DNA from: Rickettsiales bacterium
Lineage (GTDB): Bacteria; Pseudomonadota; Alphaproteobacteria; Rickettsiales; UBA3002
Assembly (NCBI GenBank): GCA_046154225.1
Contig: JBJXEM010000006.1
Coordinates: 46,124-110,123 of the forward strand
DNA: 64,000 nucleotides
Direction: 5' to 3'
Translations under genes and position numbers: made by a program
Shown here: piece by piece, positions 17,707 to 25,768 of the stretch
Layout of the letters: each line of letters starts with the position of its first letter
How positions within the stretch are numbered: position 1 is the first letter of the stretch
The notes under the pieces: generated by a model
The model's input: only the letters and a program-made list of their open reading frames with translations
What the model was told of the DNA's origin: nothing
Database searches by the model: none

Positions 17707-18954
17707 ATGAGGCCCGCCATGATCCGCTACCGAATTTGGCACCTGCTTGCCCTTTCGTCGCTCGTACTGGTTGCGGGCTGCAAACCATTGCCGCAAGACC
17801 AGGCCGATCGTAACCGCGTATTGCAGCAATCACCGAACATCAGCCACCCGCTGGCGATTGATGGGTCGGTCGCGGTGGCTGGGGCAGCCGAAGCGGCGGG
17901 CGACGTCCGCACGGTGAAAGTGGGTTTGCTGCTGCCGCTCACGGGCCGCAACGCTGAGCTTGGCAAAGCCATGCAGGACGCGGCGACGGTATCGCTGTTC
18001 GACAAATACGCGAGCCTCTCGGTGCGCCAGCAAAATATCCGCCTCGAATTATTGCCGCGTGACACGGGTGATTCGCCGCAGCAGGTAATGGCCGCCATGA
18101 ATCAGGCCGTGGCCGATGGCGCGCAATTCATCATCGGGCCGCTGTTTTCCGACGCCACGGAAGCCATCGCCCCCATTGCCCAAGCCAAAAATATCAGTGT
18201 ACTCAGCCTGTCGAGCAACCGGGCGCGGGCGCAGAATAATATTTACACGTTCGGGTTCGCCCCGCAGGAGCAAACGCGGCGAGTGGTGAGCTATGCGCTG
18301 CGCCACAATAAAACGCGCATCGCGGTGCTGGTGCCGGATTCGGCGCTCGGCAACACGGTACTGACCGCAGCGGTCGAAACCATTAAAGCCGCCGGGCAAA
18401 ATGTGGTGGCACAGGCGAAATACCAGCCGCTCGGCACGGGCGTGGAAAGCGCCATGAGCCAGCTTATTCCGCCCGGCAGCAAACCGAATTTCGATGCGCT
18501 GCTCATCCCCGAAGGCGGCCCCGCGCTCGATGTATTGCTCCGCGCATTGCAATCACGCGGCGTCACGCCCGCCAACACCCAGTTTTTAGGCACCGGCCTG
18601 TGGGACGACGCGACGCTGCTGCGCCGGGTGGGCCTGAACGGTGCATGGCTGGCCTCAAGCCCGCCCACGCTCACCGCGCAGTTCGAAGACCGGTTCCGCA
18701 CCACCTATCACTACACCCCGCCGCGCATCGCCAGCCTTTCGTATGACGCGGTGGCGCTGGCCGTCACGCTCATCACTTCGGGCCGTGGGTTCGAAGCGCG
18801 TTACCTCACCAACATCGGCGGTTTCAGCGGCCCGGCGAATGGCATTTTTCGACTCAAACCGAATGGGCTGGTTGAGCGTGGCTTAGCCGTGCTGCAAATC
18901 AATGGGCCCACACTCGAGGTGATTGAAAACCCACCGACGGGTTTTACCAACTAA
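17707..18954 (+). CDS. lipoprotein with type-1 periplasmic-binding fold, LpoA-C-terminal-domain-like (penicillin-binding protein activator-like)
   Basis: Lipobox LVAGC. Leu/Ile/Val-binding-protein-like core (VKVGLLLPLTGRNAELGKAM...). It is divergent from rsmI-yraN-BON, the gene neighbourhood that lpoA has in enterobacteria. Confidence 0.6.
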   Translation: MRPAMIRYRIWHLLALSSLVLVAGCKPLPQDQADRNRVLQQSPNISHPLAIDGSVAVAGAAEAAGDVRTVKVGLLLPLTGRNAELGKAMQDAATVSLFDKYASLSVRQQNIRLELLPRDTGDSPQQVMAAMNQAVADGAQFIIGPLFSDATEAIAPIAQAKNISVLSLSSNRARAQNNIYTFGFAPQEQTRRVVSYALRHNKTRIAVLVPDSALGNTVLTAAVETIKAAGQNVVAQAKYQPLGTGVESAMSQLIPPGSKPNFDALLIPEGGPALDVLLRALQSRGVTPANTQFLGTGLWDDATLLRRVGLNGAWLASSPPTLTAQFEDRFRTTYHYTPPRIASLSYDAVALAVTLITSGRGFEARYLTNIGGFSGPANGIFRLKPNGLVERGLAVLQINGPTLEVIENPPTGFTN

Positions 18955-20121
18955 TCAACGCAGCACTTGTTCGATTAGGGCGTTGAGCAACAGGCTGCCG
19001 CGCGGGGTGGCACGCAGGCAATCGTTGGTTGCCTCCAGCAATCCCTCGTCCTGTAAGCGCTGCAGGCGACCATCGCGCCACAGGTTCTCAAGGTAAGCAC
19101 GTTCGTCGGCGCGTAAACGGCCGAGGGCGATGCCCTCGTGCAGCCGCAATCCCATCAGCACCGTTTCCTCGGCGCGTTCGGCGACGCTGAGGGGTGTTTC
19201 CTCCTCCAGCCCGTGGCCCATTCGCTCCACCTGCTCCAACCAACGCTCGGGCGATTTCAAGTTGCGGGTGGCCAGTCTTTGCGGGGGACCGAGTAAGCCC
19301 GAAGCAGGAACGTCTACCCGCCCATGCGCCCCGGGGCCGATGCCGAGATAGGCTTCGCTGCGCCAGTAGCAAAGGTTGTGCTGACTTTCGTGCCCGGCGC
19401 GTGCGTGGTTCGAAATTTCGTAGGCGGGCAGCCCCGCTTCTTCCATCACCCGTTGCGTTAACGCATAAAATTCGGCGGCGAGTTCTTCGCTGGGCAGGGT
19501 GAAGGCTTTGTCGACATGGTAGGCGTGGTGGAACGCCGTGTTTTCCTCGATGGTGAGCTGGTAAAGCGACAGATGGTCGCGCGCGAGCTTAAGGGCGGCG
19601 CGCAATTCCTGCTCCCAGCCCTCCAGCGTTTGGCCGGGAAGGGCGTAAATCAGGTCGAACGTGTAGCGCGGGAATATTTTTTGCGCGAGGGCAATGGCGG
19701 CGCGTGCTTCGTCGGCCGAATGTTCGCGGCCTAAAAACGCGAGTGCTTCAGGCCGCAGTGACTGGATACCGAGCGACAGGCGATTCACCTCCGCCGCACG
19801 CAACTGCACGAATTTTTCGGCTTCGACCGAAGTAGGATTGGCCTCGAGCGTGATTTCCATCGCTTCGTCGTGCGACCATAATTGCTGCGCGCGGGCGATG
19901 AGTGCGGCGGCGGTTTCGGGCGCCATCAGGCTCGGCGTGCCGCCGCCGAAAAACAAGCTGTTCAGCTGAAAATCCGGCACGCGGGCATGCCAGTATTCCA
20001 GCTCGCGCACCAGCGCCGCCCGCCAGCGTGCATGGTCGACCCCCTCGCGCACATGCGAGTTAAAATCGCAATACGGGCATTTCTTTTTGCAAAACGGCCA
20101 GTGGATGTAGAGGGCGCTCAT
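18955..20121 (-). CDS. hemW: radical SAM heme chaperone HemW (HemN-like)
   Basis: CKKKCPYCDF radical-SAM cluster motif near the N-terminus and a HemN_C-like tail. 388 aa. Confidence 0.85.
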   Translation of the reverse strand: MSALYIHWPFCKKKCPYCDFNSHVREGVDHARWRAALVRELEYWHARVPDFQLNSLFFGGGTPSLMAPETAAALIARAQQLWSHDEAMEITLEANPTSVEAEKFVQLRAAEVNRLSLGIQSLRPEALAFLGREHSADEARAAIALAQKIFPRYTFDLIYALPGQTLEGWEQELRAALKLARDHLSLYQLTIEENTAFHHAYHVDKAFTLPSEELAAEFYALTQRVMEEAGLPAYEISNHARAGHESQHNLCYWRSEAYLGIGPGAHGRVDVPASGLLGPPQRLATRNLKSPERWLEQVERMGHGLEEETPLSVAERAEETVLMGLRLHEGIALGRLRADERAYLENLWRDGRLQRLQDEGLLEATNDCLRATPRGSLLLNALIEQVLR

Positions 20122-20127
20122 GGGCAG

Positions 20128-20208
20128 TAGGGTATAGGGTTTAGGGTATAGGGTATAGAGAAGAAACGTAGCTTCCCCTAGACCCTAAACCCTAAACCCT
20201 ATACCCTG
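20128..20208. repeat. heptamer-array hairpin (TAGGGTA/TAGGGTT units) filling the hemW / ORF283 divergent intergenic region
   Basis: Left arm TAGGGTATAGGGTTTAGGGTATAGGGTATAG. About 19-nt loop. Right arm CTAGACCCTAAACCCTAAACCCTATACCCTG. Confidence 0.9.
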
Positions 20209-20214
20209 CGCAGC

Positions 20215-21066
20215 ATGATCGACCATCAAAGCCAGTCTGCCATCATCGAGCTGATGCACGCGAAATACGAAAGCTTGCTGGCCATTGAAGCCGTGTGGGG
20301 CATTCGCCTGCATGAAGGCGACATGCGCCCGCGCATCGAGCATTTTCACGACGCGGTACGGGCCCTCACCTCCGGTTCGGCGAGCCTGTACGATAAAGAC
20401 AGCCGCCTGTCGGTCGAGAACCTCGCCTATGATTTAAGCCAGCTGCGCGGCGTGGCCGATAGGCCGCTGGGCCACGTCAACCGCATCAACGAAAAATCCG
20501 TGGGCACCGCGATTGTGAAGCAGGGCGACGCAGGCGCCAGCGGCCCGCGCATGCCGCCCCAACCCGTGCGCCACCAGCTGGTGAGTGATTATCGCGACTA
20601 CACGGTGTTTTTTGCCGCGTTATTCGCGCAGGCGGCCGACCGCAATTTCCAGTCGCGCGTTGATGAAATCGACAGCGCCGTTTCCGACATCGGCCTCATC
20701 GAGCAGGTGGTGAAGCAGTTGATTGCCGGTAAACTCACCAACGCGCAGGCCAGCGAACAGCTCATGCATGTCGAGCGCGACGATTTACGCGAACGCCTCC
20801 AGACCATGCTCGCACGCAAAACCATGAGCGCGCGCGAAAAGCAGGAAGTGCTGGCGCTGGTTGCGCAAATCGAGCGCGGCATGGCGAAAGAAAAAAAGAG
20901 CCTCGAACAGGCACATCTCAGCTACGCTACCGGTCAACTCGCCGTGTACGAAGACGCGAAGGAAACCGTGAAGCGCCTAGCTGCCGCGGGGCTGAACCTA
21001 GCTGGCAAATTCGTCGAAAACGCAGTACAGGCGGCCCAAGGCCAAGGCAAAGCGCGAGGAATTTAA
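20215..21066 (+). CDS. hypothetical protein (283 aa, predicted helical)
   Basis: Long ORF with codon usage like its neighbours. I recognise no motif and see no signal peptide. Confidence 0.5.
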   Translation: MIDHQSQSAIIELMHAKYESLLAIEAVWGIRLHEGDMRPRIEHFHDAVRALTSGSASLYDKDSRLSVENLAYDLSQLRGVADRPLGHVNRINEKSVGTAIVKQGDAGASGPRMPPQPVRHQLVSDYRDYTVFFAALFAQAADRNFQSRVDEIDSAVSDIGLIEQVVKQLIAGKLTNAQASEQLMHVERDDLRERLQTMLARKTMSAREKQEVLALVAQIERGMAKEKKSLEQAHLSYATGQLAVYEDAKETVKRLAAAGLNLAGKFVENAVQAAQGQGKARGI

Positions 21067-21956
21067 TTCCCTACCTTCGCCGCCCCCGTCATGCTTTGCA
21101 GAATTTGCTGGCTGATGTCGCTGACGGAGGCGGGCGAATGCGATAAAAACAGCGTGTTGGTTTTGTTGCTTTCGCCGATGGATTTCAGCGTGTCGAAATA
21201 CTGGGTGACGAGCACGAGCTGCATGGTTTCCGCCGCCGACACGCCACCTACCACTTTTTGCAACCCCTCGATGGAATTTTGCAGCCCCTCGATAATCGCA
21301 CGGCGCTGGTTGGCAATGCCCTGACCCTGCAGCGCCTTGCTTTCGGCTTCAGCTTCGGCCTTTTTCACGACCAGGATTTTATCGGCCTCCCCGCGTGCGG
21401 TGGCGGCGACTTGCTCGCGTTGCGCGGCGTTGATGTCGTTCATTGCCGATTTCACTTTTGAGTCGGGGATGATGTCGGTGACAAGCACGTTGACGATTTC
21501 GTAACCGAACTCGCTCATATCGACATCGAGTTCTTTTTTCACGGCGGCCGCAATGCCCGACTGGCTGGCGAACACTTCATCGAGGGTCATGCTCGGGACA
21601 TGGCCCAAAATCACCTGCTCGACATAGGACTGGATTTGCGCGACGGGGTTGGCGAGCTTATAAAACGCGTCGTAGGCTTTTTCCTCACGTACGCGGGTTT
21701 GCACCGAAATTGGGATGGTGACGAAGACGTTGTCGCGGGTTTTGGTTTCCATGGTGAGGCTGATTTGCGTGACGCGCAGGCTGACGCGCCCGGCCACCAT
21801 ATCCACCAGCGGGATTTTGACATTCAGGCCCGGCTCGGCAAGGCGCAAAAATTTACCAAAGCGCTGGATCACGCCAATTTCGGCGGTACGCACGGTGAAG
21901 AAAATCAGCGGTGAGAACACTAAAACCAATACGAATAGGGCAATAAAAAGGGCCAT
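21063..21956 (-). CDS. SPFH / band-7 (stomatin-prohibitin-like) membrane protein
   Basis: N-terminal TM helix then the SPFH core (VRTAEIGVIQRFGKFLRLAEPGLNVKIP...) and a coiled-coil Ala/Glu-rich tail. Confidence 0.8.
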   Translation of the reverse strand: MALFIALFVLVLVFSPLIFFTVRTAEIGVIQRFGKFLRLAEPGLNVKIPLVDMVAGRVSLRVTQISLTMETKTRDNVFVTIPISVQTRVREEKAYDAFYKLANPVAQIQSYVEQVILGHVPSMTLDEVFASQSGIAAAVKKELDVDMSEFGYEIVNVLVTDIIPDSKVKSAMNDINAAQREQVAATARGEADKILVVKKAEAEAESKALQGQGIANQRRAIIEGLQNSIEGLQKVVGGVSAAETMQLVLVTQYFDTLKSIGESNKTNTLFLSHSPASVSDISQQILQSMTGAAKVGN

Positions 21957-21981
21957 ATATATGTACTCCGGTTTGGGTCAA

Positions 21982-22127
21982 CGTCATTGCGAGGCTTGCA
22001 CCTGCATTTCAACCTACTCAAAGATGAAAGGCCGAAGCAATCCAGCTGCTACGCGGCGTTGAAAATGGATTGCCACGGCCTTTCATCGCAGTGCAAGCGG
22101 AGGGCGTATGCATGCCTCGCAATGACG
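21982..22127. repeat. MITE-like nested palindromic element, 146 bp, CGTCATTGCGAGGC termini
   Basis: 14-bp terminal inverted repeats CGTCATTGCGAGGC / GCCTCGCAATGACG. Inner inverted repeat AAGCAATCCA...TGGATTGC. No ORF. Confidence 0.85.
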
Positions 22128-22183
22128 ATGTGGTGAGATTAGTACTTCCCCAGAAAGCTGCAAGTGCCATGTTCGCAAAATAC

Positions 22184-22741
22184 TTACGCGTCGCGGCGAT
22201 AGAGATGCAGGGCGGCTTTGCCGTATTCGCGGCTGTCGCACAAAGTGACGCCGATGAGTGTTGGTAGCTTGGTGCCGCGACGCATTTCGGCGACGAGCAA
22301 TGCGCCGGGTGCAAACCATTGGCCGCGCTCCAGCGCGTCATAGGCGCTGGCTAAAATCGGGGTGTCGTAAGGCGCGTCGATCACCACCAGCTGGGCAGGC
22401 GTATGGGCCGGCGGCAGGCGGGTGGCATCGGCGGTGAGGAACTGGCAGAGCGGTAAGGTGCCGCAATGGGTGGCGTTGTCGCGGGCAAGCGCTATCGCGC
22501 GTTTATCCTTGTCGATAAACGTGGCCATGCGCGCGCCGCGCGACAAGGCTTCAAGCCCCAGCGCCCCGGTGCCGCAGCATAAATCCACCACGTGGCAACC
22601 GATAATATCGTCGCCGCCATACGCGCCGTGCATCAGTAAATTAAACAGCGATTCGCGCGTGCGATCGCCCGTCGGGCGAATGGCGTCGCCTTCGAATTCT
22701 TTCAGTTTGCGGCCTTTGAAGGCTCCGGCGATGATGCGCAT
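22184..22741 (-). CDS. rsmD: 16S rRNA (guanine966-N2)-methyltransferase RsmD
   Basis: MRIIAGAFKGRKL...RPTGDRTRESLFNLL N-terminus. SAM motif DLCCGTGALGLEALSRGA. VIDAPY motif. Confidence 0.85.
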   Translation of the reverse strand: MRIIAGAFKGRKLKEFEGDAIRPTGDRTRESLFNLLMHGAYGGDDIIGCHVVDLCCGTGALGLEALSRGARMATFIDKDKRAIALARDNATHCGTLPLCQFLTADATRLPPAHTPAQLVVIDAPYDTPILASAYDALERGQWFAPGALLVAEMRRGTKLPTLIGVTLCDSREYGKAALHLYRRDA

Positions 22742-22753
22742 AGCGTTTTACTG

Positions 22754-22820
22754 TGAGTGGTGAGTGGTGGGTAGTGAGTGGTTCAGCGTCACTACTCACT
22801 ACCCACTACTCACCACTCAC
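22754..22820. repeat. heptamer-array hairpin (GTGAGTG/GTGGGTA units) between rluB and rsmD, overlapping the rluB stop
   Basis: Left arm GTGAGTGGTGAGTGGTGGGTAGTGAGTGG. Loop TTCAGCGTC. Right arm ACTACTCACTACCCACTACTCACCACTCAC. The last four codons and the stop of rluB (VSGE*) lie in the right arm. Confidence 0.9.
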
Positions 22821-23555
22821 ATCAAGTGATTGCATCAGCTTATTCACCTGCGCGTGGGGCACTTCGCGGGCATTGCCGGGTTTGAGGTCGGCGAGTTCAA
22901 ACGGCCCGTAGGCGGTGCGGATGAGGCGGCTGACGGGGTAATCGAAATGCTCGAAAATACGGCGGATTTCGCGGTTCTTGCCTTCGGTGAGGGTGAGGGT
23001 GAGCCACTGGTTGCGGCCGTCTTTCTCGGCTTCGGCCACCACATGAATGGGCTGATAACGAACCCCCTCGATTTCCAGCCCGTTGCTGAGCATGTATAAA
23101 TGTTTGTCGCTCGGCACGCCACGCACGCGCACGCGATAAACGCGCTCCAAGGCATTGTCGGGCAGTTCGAGCTGGCGCGCGAAGCCACCATCCGTCGTGA
23201 GCAGCAACAAGCCTTCGCTGCTGAGGTCGAGCCGCCCGACCGACACGACGCGTGGGAAGTTCGCGGGCAAATGGTCGAACACGGTGTCGCGGCCCTGTTC
23301 GTCACGGTGGCTGACGACGAGCCCCGCCGGTTTGTGATACACCCATAGGCGCGTGCGGGTGGGCGTCTGGCCGATCACTACGCCATCGACCTCGATGCGG
23401 TCAGCAGCAGTGACGAGGGTAGCGGGCGTGTCGAGCGTTTTGCCGTTCACCGCCACGCGACCTTGTCCAATCAACCGCTCGGCATCGCGCCGTGAGCACA
23501 CTCCGGCTGCGGCGATGATTTTGGCGATGCGTTGGGGATTCGTGTCAGCGGTCAT
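22806..23555 (-). CDS. rluB: rRNA pseudouridine synthase, RsuA/RluB family with S4 domain
   Basis: S4-like N-terminus (RIAKIIAAAGVCSRRDAERLI) and catalytic motif GRLDLSSEGLLLLTTDG. Confidence 0.8.
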   Translation of the reverse strand: MTADTNPQRIAKIIAAAGVCSRRDAERLIGQGRVAVNGKTLDTPATLVTAADRIEVDGVVIGQTPTRTRLWVYHKPAGLVVSHRDEQGRDTVFDHLPANFPRVVSVGRLDLSSEGLLLLTTDGGFARQLELPDNALERVYRVRVRGVPSDKHLYMLSNGLEIEGVRYQPIHVVAEAEKDGRNQWLTLTLTEGKNREIRRIFEHFDYPVSRLIRTAYGPFELADLKPGNAREVPHAQVNKLMQSLDVSGE

Positions 23556-23577
23556 ACGTGCGCCAGCCTTTCCACCA

Positions 23578-23724
23578 CGTCATTGCGAGGCATGCACTGG
23601 CCTATCAGCAAACGCGGTGAGCGTTGGCCAAAGCAATCCATCTTCAGCACGGAGTTGCAGATGGATTGCTTCGGCCCCTCAACACTGTGTGCGCGGTTAG
23701 TGTAGCACTCGCCTCGCAATGACG
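23578..23724. repeat. MITE-like nested palindromic element, 147 bp, second copy of the CGTCATTGCGAGGC family
   Basis: Same 14-bp termini and the same inner AAGCAATCCA...TGGATTGCTT inverted repeat as the copy at 21982-22127. Confidence 0.85.
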
Positions 23725-23748
23725 ATGGGGCGGGCGTAGAGTAAAATT

Positions 23749-24069
23749 TCATGGCTGTAGCTCGGCGGACATATCGTGCCAGAAAGGGTTGCGTGTTTCG
23801 ATGATGTCTATCTTGCGTTGGCGGGAGCCGCCCTTAAGCTGTTTTTCACGCAGGATGGCAGACTCCATCGTTTCATGGACTTCGTACCACACCAGCAGCT
23901 TACAGCCATGCTTTTTCGTGAAGCCCTGAAGCATCCCGTGTTTATGTTGATAATCGCGCTGCACGAGGTTCGAAGTCACGCCTATATAAATTACCCCTCG
24001 AAACCGGTCAGCCATTATATAGACGGCGGGTAATTTATCGCGCCGCATACACGCGTGCAGCATCGACAA
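23749..24069 (-). CDS. small GIY-YIG nuclease superfamily protein
   Basis: AVYIMADRFRGVIYIGVTSNLVQRDYQH...LVWYE...REKQLKGGSRQRK matches stand-alone URI-domain proteins. The start may be 24048 (MRRDKL). Confidence 0.75.
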   Translation of the reverse strand: MSMLHACMRRDKLPAVYIMADRFRGVIYIGVTSNLVQRDYQHKHGMLQGFTKKHGCKLLVWYEVHETMESAILREKQLKGGSRQRKIDIIETRNPFWHDMSAELQP

Positions 24070-24769
24070 ACGCGGCGAAAATTTTGGTGTCGCCGCTGGT
24101 GATGGAAAATTCCGGGTGCCACTGTACGCCGAGGCAGAACGGGTGCTCGGGATATTCGATGCCTTCGATCACGCCATCACTCGCGCGGGCGTTGACGACG
24201 GCGCCGGGGGCAGGGGTGGCTACCGCCTGGTGGTGCGCGCTGTTCACGGCCAACGTGGGTGCGCCCACAATGGAATAGAGCCGTGTGTTGGCAAGGATGG
24301 CTACTTCGTGCCCCGGCTCGTGGCGCGGGTTGGGTTGCTCGTGCGCGAGGGGTTTTTCTACCGAGTCGGGGATGTGCTGGATCAGCGTGCCGCCGAGAAT
24401 GACGTTCAGCAATTGCTGCCCGCCGCAAATGCCGAGGATGGGCATGCGCCGCGCGAGTGCGCCTTTGGTGATAGCCCACTCGAACTGGCTGCGGCGGGGT
24501 TTGGTGCTCACGGTGTCGCTGGTGGTGGTTTGGCCATACATTTCCGGCGGCACGTCGAAATTCCCGCCGGTGATGACGAGCCCGTGCAGCGTGTCGAGGT
24601 AATGCTCTACCATCGCCACTTCATGCGGCAAAGCCAGTGGGGCCGCACCCTGCGCGCTGAGCGCCGTGCAGTAATTATCGCGCAACGCATACCACGGATA
24701 TTTCGAATAGCCGCCCGCGGTTTCGTAATCGAGCGTGACGCCGATGAAAGGGGTAGGTGGAGTGTTCAT
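24035..24769 (-). CDS. class I glutamine amidotransferase / peptidase C26 (gamma-glutamyl-GABA hydrolase family)
   Basis: Nucleophile elbow GICGGQQLLN and the catalytic His region QWHPE. 244 aa. Confidence 0.8.
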   Translation of the reverse strand: MNTPPTPFIGVTLDYETAGGYSKYPWYALRDNYCTALSAQGAAPLALPHEVAMVEHYLDTLHGLVITGGNFDVPPEMYGQTTTSDTVSTKPRRSQFEWAITKGALARRMPILGICGGQQLLNVILGGTLIQHIPDSVEKPLAHEQPNPRHEPGHEVAILANTRLYSIVGAPTLAVNSAHHQAVATPAPGAVVNARASDGVIEGIEYPEHPFCLGVQWHPEFSITSGDTKIFAAFVDAARVYAAR

Positions 24770-24788
24770 GCCATCAGCTTAGCCGGAT

Positions 24789-24862
24789 CGTCATTCCAGC
24801 GAAAGCTGGAATCCAACTTTTTATTGGCGATGGAATGGATTCCAGCTTTCGCTGGAATGACG
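24789..24862. repeat. MITE-like palindromic element, 74 bp, GTCATTCCAGCGAAAGCTGGAATCC arms
   Basis: Perfect inverted arms CGTCATTCCAGCGAAAGCTGGAATCC / GGATTCCAGCTTTCGCTGGAATGACG. Each arm is itself a hairpin. Confidence 0.9.
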
Positions 24863-24886
24863 AGCGCGAAATGGGTATGCTCAAAT

Positions 24887-24910
24887 CACCACTCACCACT
24901 CACCACTCAC
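24887..24910. repeat. solo heptamer array (CACCACT units) 6 nt upstream of motA
   Basis: CACCACTCACCACTCACCACTCAC is the reverse complement of the GTGAGTG-type arm. There is no partner arm nearby. Confidence 0.8.
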
Positions 24911-24916
24911 GGTTCT

Positions 24917-25765
24917 ATGTCACTCTCGTCATTACTGGGCGTTATTTTCGGGTTGGCCATGATTTTTTCGGCGATCCTGTTCGCCACCTCAAACCCGCTG
25001 CTTTATGTCGATGTATCGGCGTTGATGATCGTCGGCGGCGGCTCGATTGCGGCGGCGTTCATGGGCTATCATAGCCACGATGTGCGCAATGCCTTCCGCG
25101 CTATCGGCTGGATGTTGAAAAAACCCAAATCGACCCGCGAGGGGCTGAACACCGAAATCATGCGCCTTATTAAATGGGGCTACTTGGTACAACAGCGGGG
25201 CTTGCCGGCGCTTGAAAACGAAGTGAAAACCTTGGCCACGAACGACCCCGTGATCAAATACTGCATGGAGCTGGTGGTGACGAACCACACGCCCGCGCAA
25301 CTGAAGGCGATGATGCTGACGGCGGTGGAATCGAGCTTCCAGCACAAAACCGCGCCGGTGGCGGTGCTGCGCAACATGGGGGCCAGCGCCCCCAGCTTCG
25401 GCATGATCGGCACGCTCGTCGGGCTGATTGCGATTTTAAGCCAGATGGGCAGTGGGGCCACCAACCTGCAACATGTCATCGGCACCGGCATGTCGCTGGC
25501 GCTGGTGGCCACGCTATACGGGGTGTTTTTTGCCCGCATGGTGTTCATTCCGGCGGCCAACAAATTGCTACAAAAGGAAGAAACCGAGCGCTTTCGTAAC
25601 CTGATGGTGGTGGAGGGCTTAAGCATGCTGGCCGAGAAAAAATCGCCGCGTTTCATGCAGGACCGGCTAAATTCCTTCCTCGAGCCCAAGGACCATTTCG
25701 ACATCGACCGCCAGATACGCATGAAGGTGATGAGCGTGACGCCCGATTCTGCGTCGAGGGCGTAG
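24917..25765 (+). CDS. motA: MotA/PomA-type proton-channel stator protein (MotA/TolQ/ExbB family), 282 aa
   Basis: Two N-terminal TM helices, a cytoplasmic domain, and C-terminal TM helices (SFGMIGTLVGLIAIL, SLALVATLYGVFFARMVFIP). The upstream part of track ORF 24116 is translation of repeats and of antisense sequence. Confidence 0.78.
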   Translation: MSLSSLLGVIFGLAMIFSAILFATSNPLLYVDVSALMIVGGGSIAAAFMGYHSHDVRNAFRAIGWMLKKPKSTREGLNTEIMRLIKWGYLVQQRGLPALENEVKTLATNDPVIKYCMELVVTNHTPAQLKAMMLTAVESSFQHKTAPVAVLRNMGASAPSFGMIGTLVGLIAILSQMGSGATNLQHVIGTGMSLALVATLYGVFFARMVFIPAANKLLQKEETERFRNLMVVEGLSMLAEKKSPRFMQDRLNSFLEPKDHFDIDRQIRMKVMSVTPDSASRA

Positions 25766-25768
25766 CCG

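Noticed and set aside
20128-20208. Heptamer arrays as a CRISPR array, or (CCCTAAA)n as eukaryotic (plant-type) telomere contamination.
   Set aside because: The units are 7 nt with no spacers, and the arrays occur as inverted pairs, which is not CRISPR architecture. The sequences are embedded between, and even inside, contiguous bacterial genes, so contamination or chimerism is not supported.
24116-24916. N-terminal 267 codons of track ORF 24116-25765, and similar upstream extensions (mutL from 2716, pgi from 1685, mlaC from 28817, hflC from 42912).
   Set aside because: The extensions run antisense through, or in alternative frames of, neighbouring genes or through repeat elements (for example EWIPAFAGMT is translated MITE sequence). 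Conserved N-termini with ribosome-binding sites lie at the internal starts given in the features.
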